Below, one piece after another: positions 1-6,896 of a stretch of DNA of 63,606 nt. Where the stretch lies: positions 1-63,606 of the forward strand of contig JASLKQ010000004.1 in assembly GCA_030747505.1 (NCBI GenBank), read 5' to 3'. Made by a program: the position numbers and the translations under genes. The notes beneath the pieces are model-generated. The model made no database searches. It was not told the origin of the DNA and was given only the letters and a program-made list of their open reading frames with translations. The DNA comes from Verrucomicrobiota bacterium. Its GTDB lineage: Bacteria; Verrucomicrobiota; Verrucomicrobiia; Limisphaerales; UBA1100. Every line of letters begins with the position of its first letter. Position 1 is the first letter of the stretch.

Positions 1-217
1 TCGAATTGGGTCCGGGAAAAAATTCTCACTCAAAATAGTATCCTTGCCCTCCAGAAGGCGAATGGAGAAAAGGCCCGTCTCATAGACCTGCTTTCTTAAT
101 AGCAGGTACCAATTTTGCCTCCCGCCCGCCAGGCGATCGATGTCCTTAATCGCCTAAAAAACGCAGCTTTAGGCCAAATAATGGCCGATTTCTTGTGAAC
201 TCACCCGTTGATTTTAT

Positions 218-233
218 TGGCACGATGGTTGCT
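218..233 (+). promoter_or_regulatory. sigma54 (RpoN) -24/-12 promoter in front of the long flagellin gene
   Basis: The sequence tggcacgatggttgct matches TGGCAC-N5-TTGCW, with GG and GC in the exact consensus spacing. The predicted TSS is near 244, about 36 nt before the ATG at 280. Confidence 0.7.
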
Positions 234-279
234 ACTATCACGAAGCAACTATTGGATAATTAGCTAGAAGGATCGATAC

Positions 280-1701
280 ATGGTTATCAATACCAACATA
301 GAAGCGCAGCGGACGGCAAATAATCTACAGGCCAGTCAAAACCGTCTCCAAAAAACGCTTTCCCGGCTTAGTTCCGGCTCAAAAATTGTCAATGCGGCTG
401 ATGATGCAGCCGGCTTGGCTGTGAGTTCCAGACTGGAATCCAACATACGCCGTATCGGTTCGGTGCTCAATAACCTCGGAAATGCGATGTCACTTACCCA
501 AACCCAGGATGGTTATTTGAAAAACATTGATCATGCGATGCAGCGTATGACTGAGCTGGCCATGCTAGCGCAGGATAATACAAAGCAGGACCAGGATCGC
601 GCCTTGTACAACAAGGAATTTCAGCAACTGATGGACTACGTGCTCTCCACTCGAACGAATGATTTTAACGGGGTTAATCTGTTCGACGGCTCCAAGGTGG
701 ATGTCGTTATCGACCCGGATGGCAATACGTTTCCCGTGGGCGGAGTTAATCTCTTTAGTTCGGTCTATGATAGCGCCCTTAAAAAACAATCATGGCAACT
801 AACCGGAAATACCTGGCAAACCTCAAAAAGTGGCTATGTCACTGATGTTGATTCACAAAAAATCCTATATAAATCAGGCTCTGAAGCCTACAAACTTACC
901 TCAGATTTATGGTGGCAGGGCAGTGCGTGGCACACCTCCCAACCCACTACTGGAACCCCTCCAGCACCAGATCCCTCCGCGGTAAAAGTTAGTGCGGGCA
1001 GCTTCATTGCTACAGGATCGATGAACGGCAACAGTGGCTTGACAAATTTAACCGCACCTCCAGTCGCCAACTCGACTAAGTTTGACCCAAACACCATGAC
1101 GACGGCAGACTTGGCAGCCTCAGGTAATGGTTTCTTTGAGGAGATGCCGGCGCCTCCGGGCACTGCGACCGCAGACAAGATACAATATTCCAGGATAACC
1201 AAGGGTTCTTTCTTGGCCTCCGATCCCGCTGGAAACGGGGATTTGGAGTACCAGCATCGTGGCGCCGTAGCTAAAGGCCATTACATCACTGTAGACCCCG
1301 GAAGCCAAGATACGGATGCCATCGCCTTTTCCTCCGGGTCAACTGTCACCACCGACCAGGACCTCTCAGATCCTCCATTCAACGCCGATAATTTGGGAGG
1401 GGTTGAAATTGCCACAATTGAAGGAGCCAAAGCCTCTCTGGATGTCATATTCAAGGCTCTGGATCAATTACACTTGGACAGGGCCTCCTTGGGAGCCATC
1501 CAACAACGAGTCGAATTTACCAGTGGTCAGCTCATAACCAGTAATCAAAATCTGACTCAGGCAAAGAGTCGGATTACAGACGTTGATGTAGCGGCCGAGA
1601 CAACCGAATTCGCCAAACATCAAATCCTGGTCCAGTCAGGCACCCAAATGCTGCGACAAGCCAATAGTTTACCCCAAACTGCACTTGAACTCCTAAGATA
1701 A
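280..1701 (+). CDS. fliC: Flagellin, long form (473 aa) with a large central variable domain
   Basis: The N-terminus (MVINTNIEAQRTANNL...SSGSKIVNAADDAAGLAV) and the C-terminus (ITDVDVAAETTEFAKHQILVQSGTQMLRQANSLPQTALELLR) are canonical flagellin D0/D1 segments. An AAGGA Shine-Dalgarno sequence lies upstream. Confidence 0.95.
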   Translation: MVINTNIEAQRTANNLQASQNRLQKTLSRLSSGSKIVNAADDAAGLAVSSRLESNIRRIGSVLNNLGNAMSLTQTQDGYLKNIDHAMQRMTELAMLAQDNTKQDQDRALYNKEFQQLMDYVLSTRTNDFNGVNLFDGSKVDVVIDPDGNTFPVGGVNLFSSVYDSALKKQSWQLTGNTWQTSKSGYVTDVDSQKILYKSGSEAYKLTSDLWWQGSAWHTSQPTTGTPPAPDPSAVKVSAGSFIATGSMNGNSGLTNLTAPPVANSTKFDPNTMTTADLAASGNGFFEEMPAPPGTATADKIQYSRITKGSFLASDPAGNGDLEYQHRGAVAKGHYITVDPGSQDTDAIAFSSGSTVTTDQDLSDPPFNADNLGGVEIATIEGAKASLDVIFKALDQLHLDRASLGAIQQRVEFTSGQLITSNQNLTQAKSRITDVDVAAETTEFAKHQILVQSGTQMLRQANSLPQTALELLR

Positions 1702-1759
1702 CGTAAATAACTCAATATATTACCCCTAGAGTTTTCAATTCAGTTGGGGGAAGCAAAAT

Positions 1760-1802
1760 AACCGGTCGGGCACAGTTTCTGAGCCCGGCCGGTTGAATTT
1801 TT
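1760..1802 (+). terminator. Rho-independent terminator after the long flagellin gene
   Basis: The stem aaccggtcgggc / gcccggccggtt (one G-U pair) has an 11-nt loop and is followed by gaattttt. Confidence 0.6.
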
Positions 1803-1925
1803 AGCGCGCTTTTTCAGTGGATTATTACCGTTATTTTTATCTGTTTTTTTGGGTTTTCTTCACTTACACAAAAAATCAGCCGAATATTTACTGAAGCCTC
1901 CCGGTCTGAAGCTAGCCCTCCATAA

Positions 1926-2993
1926 TCAGGAGCTGACTTGATTACGAATCGCCAGAAATAGTGTAATGGCCGCGATGATCAGAAGAATGCTCAACACCAG
2001 CATGACTATATAGAACTCCCGTGAAAAACGAGCCCGTGGAACACGTGCAGTGGAAACTCCAGCTGTACGCATCACGTTCGTGGGCGGTGGAGTAATAAAT
2101 AAAGGTTGCGCCACCGCTTCGGGCGCAATGATATAGGCCATCGCCCGAATAGATGATGGCCGTACGAGCGGATCCTTATGCAAACAGTTCATTACCATCT
2201 GTGACACTTCCGAGGGAGTGTCACAGGGGAGTTTTTTTTCCGAAAGCCGGGCTTCAATCGGCTGGGGTGGAACTGCCTGCAGCTGATGCCCAATATCGCC
2301 TGAATGAAAGGGGGGCACTCCGCAGAGCAATTCATATATTGTGGCTCCCAACGCATAGAGATCATCACTGACTTGCGGAGGTTCCCCCCCATATTGTTGG
2401 GGGCTCATAAAAGTAACAGTGCCCCGGTTGTCACGCATACCGAGCAACTCAGTATACCCATCATTTAATGAGGCAGAAATTCCGAGATCCGCCAAACGCA
2501 CTCTCCCTTGCATATCCACCATGATATTTGCCGGCTTGAGATCACGGTGGATAATCTGGGCACCATGGGCATGATCAAGGGCACTACACAACTGCAGGAC
2601 GATACTCCGCAAATCTTCCCAACTAAACACCTGCCCTTCCCGTTCCAATCGCTGCGTGTGCAAACTGGCCCCCTCCACATACTCCATGATCAGGAAGGGA
2701 GGATCCGGAGGGTCCTCAAATATATCGTAGAGCTGAACGATATTCTGGTGGGCCAATGTACGCGTTTTGGCAGCCTCATTACGCAGCTCCAGACGCATAT
2801 TGGGATCGGCAGCCAAATGGGGTCGCAGAAATTTTAGTGCAACGGTATCACCCAGCCGCTCATCTCGTGCAAGCCAGATAAAGCAACTACCCCCTGCGGC
2901 CAACATCCACATGAGGGTATAACGACCGGCCCCGACCAGTTGGCCGGGGATCAGGGCTGGCAATGGCGGGTTCGGAACAGCAGAACTCACCAA
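1926..2993 (-). CDS. Hanks-type Ser/Thr protein kinase, tail-anchored by a C-terminal TM helix
   Basis: It has the VALKFL lysine, the HRDLKPANIMV catalytic loop and a DLG variant of DFG (RLADLGIS). The C-terminal hydrophobic helix is YIVMLVLSILLIIAAITLFLAI, followed by only a few residues. Confidence 0.85.
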   Translation of the reverse strand: MVSSAVPNPPLPALIPGQLVGAGRYTLMWMLAAGGSCFIWLARDERLGDTVALKFLRPHLAADPNMRLELRNEAAKTRTLAHQNIVQLYDIFEDPPDPPFLIMEYVEGASLHTQRLEREGQVFSWEDLRSIVLQLCSALDHAHGAQIIHRDLKPANIMVDMQGRVRLADLGISASLNDGYTELLGMRDNRGTVTFMSPQQYGGEPPQVSDDLYALGATIYELLCGVPPFHSGDIGHQLQAVPPQPIEARLSEKKLPCDTPSEVSQMVMNCLHKDPLVRPSSIRAMAYIIAPEAVAQPLFITPPPTNVMRTAGVSTARVPRARFSREFYIVMLVLSILLIIAAITLFLAIRNQVSS

Positions 2994-3055
2994 GCGGTTC
3001 TATTTAAGGTTTGCTATTTTGCCAATGTTTTTGCGAAATATTCGGACTCTGAGTC

Positions 3056-3355
3056 ATGCAGATCAGTTATCAGTATGAAGGCAAGTGGCACGTTAAATCG
3101 CTTATCAAAGCGGAAGTAATTGTCGGCCGACCCAATAATCAGTCAGGAGTGGATATTGATCTTACTCCAGACACCACGGTGAGTCGGGTTCACGCCAGAC
3201 TCTGGCGGGAAGAAGACGGCTCCTGCTGGGTGGAAGATATGGGCAGCCGCCATGGTACCAAGGTCAATGGGACAATTATTACCGGCAGAAATTGCCTAAA
3301 CGAAGGAGACAAAGTTCAGATTGGAGAAACAACTCTCCGAATGGACCCAAGTTGA
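3056..3355 (+). CDS. Single-domain FHA (forkhead-associated) protein
   Basis: It has the FHA signature VIVGR...VSRVHARL...DMGSRHGTKVNG in 99 aa. It is transcribed divergently from the kinase. Confidence 0.8.
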   Translation: MQISYQYEGKWHVKSLIKAEVIVGRPNNQSGVDIDLTPDTTVSRVHARLWREEDGSCWVEDMGSRHGTKVNGTIITGRNCLNEGDKVQIGETTLRMDPS

Positions 3356-3499
3356 AAAACGTATATTTTCAATAAAAAGTTATATTAATACTTAAATAAG
3401 AATTGTTTTTTTACGTTTTTTAAGTAATTTGTTCTTTTTAAGGTAAAACAATCTTTCCTGAGGCCAACATCGGTCTTCTTTTCATCACTTTTTCACTCT

Positions 3500-3515
3500 T
3501 GGCATGGCTCATGCT
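3500..3515 (+). promoter_or_regulatory. sigma54-type promoter in front of fliW-csrA
   Basis: The sequence tggcatggctcatgct has GG and GC in consensus spacing. It overlaps the TTG start of the track ORF, which argues for the ATG at 3544 as the real fliW start. Confidence 0.55.
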
Positions 3516-3543
3516 TTGTCATTGGGAAAACAGTTGTCACGCC

Positions 3544-3990
3544 ATGCTGACCATTGAACATAAACAACAGGAAAAAGCTGAAAGCACAACTGCCCCTGAT
3601 GGCGGTTTGAAACCGGGTTTACCGTTGCATTTTGCATCCGGCCTGCTGGGTTTTGAGGCAAACAAACAGTTTGAGCTTATCTCAGATGAGGAATTAAACC
3701 CCTTTCAGTGGCTTAACGGAGTGGACGCAGATCAAAGTTTCCTGGTTATCCAGCCTGCATTTGCAGTCGAAAATTACACCGTCGAGCTTTCAGATGACGA
3801 TGTAGCCATGCTGGAGTTGCAGAATCAGGCTGATGCGGTGGTCACCTGTATTGCCACCTATCATCCCGACGAGTCGGTCACCATTAATTTAAAAGGCCCC
3901 ATCATTTACAACCAGAAAACGGGCGAAGCTCGGCAAATTGTGCCGCTGAATGCAGCGGATTTGTCCCTTTCCCACCCGATGGGGAACTAA
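3544..3990 (+). CDS. fliW: Flagellar assembly factor FliW (CsrA antagonist, flagellin-binding)
   Basis: The motifs LHFASGLLGFEANKQFELI and NPFQWLNGVD...FLVIQP are typical of FliW. The gene lies directly upstream of csrA. I trimmed the start to the ATG at 3544. Confidence 0.85.
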   Translation: MLTIEHKQQEKAESTTAPDGGLKPGLPLHFASGLLGFEANKQFELISDEELNPFQWLNGVDADQSFLVIQPAFAVENYTVELSDDDVAMLELQNQADAVVTCIATYHPDESVTINLKGPIIYNQKTGEARQIVPLNAADLSLSHPMGN

Positions 3991-4020
3991 ACCTTGAACC
4001 CGTGGAAAACCATTTAACCC

Positions 4021-4251
4021 ATGTTGGTATTATCAAGAAAACCGAAGGAAAGCATTATTATCAATGGCAACGTCACGGTGAGTGTGTTGCGGATCGACAG
4101 TGATAATGTACGCATCGGGATCGAGGCTCCCATGGAGATACCGGTCATGCGTCAGGAAATTTATAATGAGATTAGTCAGAACAACCAGGCAGCAGCCGGA
4201 TTGGCAAAAGCCAAAGTTAAATTAAAAGTAAAAGAGCTCGTTAAAAGTTAA
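4021..4251 (+). CDS. csrA: Carbon storage regulator CsrA, flagellar type with a Lys-rich C-terminal tail
   Basis: The sequence MLVLSRKPKESIIINGNVTVSVLRIDSDNVRIGIEAPMEIPVMRQEIY is canonical CsrA. Confidence 0.95.
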   Translation: MLVLSRKPKESIIINGNVTVSVLRIDSDNVRIGIEAPMEIPVMRQEIYNEISQNNQAAAGLAKAKVKLKVKELVKS

Positions 4252-4267
4252 TGTACCGAGACGAAAA
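4242..4267 (+). promoter_or_regulatory. Possible sigma28-type promoter for the short flagellin next to csrA
   Basis: The sequence is TAAAAGTT-N10-GACGAAAA, compared with the consensus TAAAGTTT-N11-GCCGATAA. It is an imperfect match with the spacer one nt short, and it overlaps the csrA stop codon. Confidence 0.3.
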
Positions 4268-4310
4268 CGGATTTTAACCCAAAACCAACAAGTAAAAGAA
4301 GGAACGAACA

Positions 4311-5132
4311 ATGGTTATTAACACCAACATGGAAGCGCTCCAAACGGCTAACAACCTGAATGCTAGCCAATCGGAGCTGTCAAAATCACTGGCCCGGCTA
4401 AGTTCCGGTTCACGAATCATCAAACCATCGGACGATGCGGCGGGTTTGGCGGTAACCTCGCGTTTGCGCGCGCAGATTAAACGCCTGGACTCCGCTCTGA
4501 GTAACGTGGTCAACGCCGTGTCCTTTACCCAAACACAGGACGGCTTCATGAAAACGATGGATAAAGCACTCCGTCGTATGGGTGAGCTGGCCATGCTGGC
4601 AAAGGACGGTACCAAGTCCCAGGGCGACTTGGACTTGTATCAGAAGGAATTTGAGCAGCTGCAGGAATACGTAGATGATACCCGTGGAAAGAAATATAAC
4701 GACGTAAACCTATTCGGATCAGATGCCTTGGCTGTGACAGTCGATTCTGAGGGGGGTACATTTGACATGGCCGGCATAGACCTCTCGACAGATTCTTACA
4801 CCTTGGCGGTGGTAAATACCGCGACTCAGCAATGTGCCTTAACCAGCACTGCTTTGGCTGATGATGCCTTGCTTCTGGTGAAGGCTGCCATTAGTCAAAT
4901 CGCGGTTGACCGCGCGCAGTTGGGTGCGGTTCAGTCCCGTTTGAACTTTACCAATGACCAGTTGAGTATCACTAAGGAGAACCTCTCCTCTGCCATTAGT
5001 CGTGTGGCGGATGTGGACGTGGCAACTGAAGCCACCCAATACGCCCGTTACCAGATCCTGGTGCAGTCGGGTACGCAAATGCTCACGCAGGCCAATCAGC
5101 TACCACAAGCTGCACTGCAACTGCTGCGGTAA
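4311..5132 (+). CDS. fliC: Flagellin, short form (273 aa)
   Basis: The MVINTNMEALQTANNL N-terminus and the VADVDVATEATQYARYQILVQSGTQMLTQANQLPQAALQLLR C-terminus are flagellin termini. An AAGGAA Shine-Dalgarno sequence is present. Confidence 0.95.
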   Translation: MVINTNMEALQTANNLNASQSELSKSLARLSSGSRIIKPSDDAAGLAVTSRLRAQIKRLDSALSNVVNAVSFTQTQDGFMKTMDKALRRMGELAMLAKDGTKSQGDLDLYQKEFEQLQEYVDDTRGKKYNDVNLFGSDALAVTVDSEGGTFDMAGIDLSTDSYTLAVVNTATQQCALTSTALADDALLLVKAAISQIAVDRAQLGAVQSRLNFTNDQLSITKENLSSAISRVADVDVATEATQYARYQILVQSGTQMLTQANQLPQAALQLLR

Positions 5133-5312
5133 AAAAACTATCCGGTTAACACACAGCCATAAAAGGCCCGATTAACCGGAAAGCTTGTTGAGAATTATAT
5201 TGTTGGGTTGCACGGCCGGCCGCGGGATACCGAAAAAAGGATCCCCGGTCGGCTTTGCCTTTTCAAGGCCCCTCCTGCCCTGCTACTCTCAAGACGCAAG
5301 GAGGTAATAATT

Positions 5313-6506
5313 TTGGGCTACCCATCCACTTTAGTTATCGGCGGAGGAATTGTGGGCCTGGCCACCGCGCGACAACTTCTTCATCACTACCCGGGGATCA
5401 CTGTCTCGGTTCTGGAAAAAGAACCGGAACCGGGCCAACACCAAACCGGTCACAATAGCGGTGTCCTTCATTGCGGGCTTTACTACACCCCTGGCTCGCT
5501 GAAAGCCCGCCTCGCTGTCGAAGGTATTCGACAGATGGCAGAATTCTGCTCCCTACACAATATTCCACACGAAATTTGCGGCAAACTGGTGGTGGCAACC
5601 AATGAAGTGGAAGCAACACGCATGGAGAAACTTTATCAACGGGGAAAAGCCAATGGATTGGAGGGACTGGAAAAGCTGGATCAGGATCAAATGCGCGAAA
5701 TCGAGCCGCACGTGGGAGGAATTGCCGCCCTCAAAGTGCCGCAGGAAGGGATTGTCGACTATCCGGCAGTCATCACCGCATTAGTGAGGGAAATCGAATC
5801 CTTGGGCGGCCAAATCATCACCAACGCCAAAGTCAATGAACTGCATGAAGCCAATCGATGGACTGCGGTTACCTCCGCGGGCGACTATGCAGCCGACTGG
5901 ATCATCAACTGCGCCGGCCTGCATTGCGACCGGGTCAGCCAATTGGCAGGACAAAAACGGGACCTACGCATCGTGCCCTTCCGTGGCGAATACTATCAGT
6001 TAAAACCACAATCCCAGCATCTGGTAAAACATCTCATATATCCGGTGCCAGACCCTGAGTTCCCTTTTCTGGGAGTGCATTTTACCCGCCTGATTGGGGG
6101 AGGCATCGAGGCCGGACCCAATGCGGTCCTGGCCTTTGCCCGCGAGGGTTACCGGAAAACAAACGTGAATTTACGCGATCTCTTTGACGCAGCAACCTAC
6201 CCGGGCTTGTGGCGCTTCGGCCTGAAATACCCGAGAATGTGCATACATGAATTGCGCGGTTCGTTCAGTAAAAATTATTTCTGCAAACAACTGCAAAAGC
6301 TCGTGCCTGAGGTGCAACCTGATGACCTGGAAACCGGCGGATCGGGGGTGCGGGCCCAGGCAATGTCGCCGGCAGGGGAACTGGTTCAGGATTTTCACTT
6401 CGTCCAGGGAAAACGCGCACTCCACGTACTCAACGCCCCCAGTCCTGCAGCAACCGCCTCTCTGGCGATTGCAGAGCAAATCATTGATAAGGCAAATATT
6501 GCGTGA
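5313..6506 (+). CDS. lhgO: FAD-dependent L-2-hydroxyglutarate oxidase/dehydrogenase family protein
   Basis: The N-terminal dinucleotide fold is VIGGGIVGLATA, and there is family-wide similarity (HNSGVLHCGLYY). I chose the TTG start at 5313, which is preceded by AAGGAGG. The longer track ORF has an implausible N-terminus. Confidence 0.75.
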   Translation: MGYPSTLVIGGGIVGLATARQLLHHYPGITVSVLEKEPEPGQHQTGHNSGVLHCGLYYTPGSLKARLAVEGIRQMAEFCSLHNIPHEICGKLVVATNEVEATRMEKLYQRGKANGLEGLEKLDQDQMREIEPHVGGIAALKVPQEGIVDYPAVITALVREIESLGGQIITNAKVNELHEANRWTAVTSAGDYAADWIINCAGLHCDRVSQLAGQKRDLRIVPFRGEYYQLKPQSQHLVKHLIYPVPDPEFPFLGVHFTRLIGGGIEAGPNAVLAFAREGYRKTNVNLRDLFDAATYPGLWRFGLKYPRMCIHELRGSFSKNYFCKQLQKLVPEVQPDDLETGGSGVRAQAMSPAGELVQDFHFVQGKRALHVLNAPSPAATASLAIAEQIIDKANIA

Positions 6507-6830
6507 GCGGTAACCCAATGGAGACTCCTATATTCCGGCCTGAAATTATTCAATAGTGCCCCTTTCAACATACTAGATCAGATGCAAAATCGAAGCATCT
6601 CACCTCACTCATTTCACACGCTACCTCAAGTAATGTGAGGGCGTAACGATCTCAAGAGCCCAGAAAATGAAGGGGATAAGCTCCCAAGCATAAAACCCCA
6701 AATTTACCATTGAGCCTTTAAACAATATTGCAATTATATGAAATTTATTAATTATTTATTGTTTTTTAAACTACTTATTTACTTTTTTTATGAAAATATT
6801 ACTAATTTTATAAAATTATCCACATTTTTT

Positions 6831-6846
6831 TGGCCCGAAAGATGCT
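6831..6846 (+). promoter_or_regulatory. sigma54-type promoter in front of the TPR-GT2 giant
   Basis: The sequence tggcccgaaagatgct has GG and GC in consensus spacing. It is preceded by about 110 nt of very AT-rich DNA. Confidence 0.55.
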
Positions 6847-6896
6847 ACTTATCCCACTGAAAACGTGTTTTTATGCAGTAGAACCCTAATTGATTA

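Noticed and set aside
1-99. A frame open to the left window edge, ending at TAA 97-99 (...ILTQNSILALQKANGEKARLIDLLS).
   Set aside because: Only 32 codons are visible and no recognisable motif is present. I cannot support a call.
3008-3022. A sigma54-like sequence, ggtttgctattttgc, between the kinase and FHA genes.
   Set aside because: The GG-to-GC spacing is one nucleotide too long, and the -24 element is poor.
3499-3543. The TTG start of the fliW track ORF, and likewise the 36055-36093 extension of flgB and the 45873 GTG start of fliS.
   Set aside because: These extensions are made of the sigma54 promoter elements themselves (for example WWHKDCC = tgg tgg cac aag gat tgc tgc). The downstream ATGs give N-termini that match the protein families.
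5133-5200. A possible hairpin (tccggttaa ... ttaaccgga) after the short flagellin gene, considered as a terminator.
   Set aside because: The loop is 22 nt, the stem is AT-rich and no T-run follows. The evidence is not strong enough to call a terminator.
5313-6506. The metabolic gene lhgO embedded among flagellar genes, considered as a possible functional link.
   Set aside because: It is an ordinary FAD-dependent oxidoreductase with its own Shine-Dalgarno sequence. I see no flagellar promoter and no known connection to flagella. It is most simply a passenger gene.
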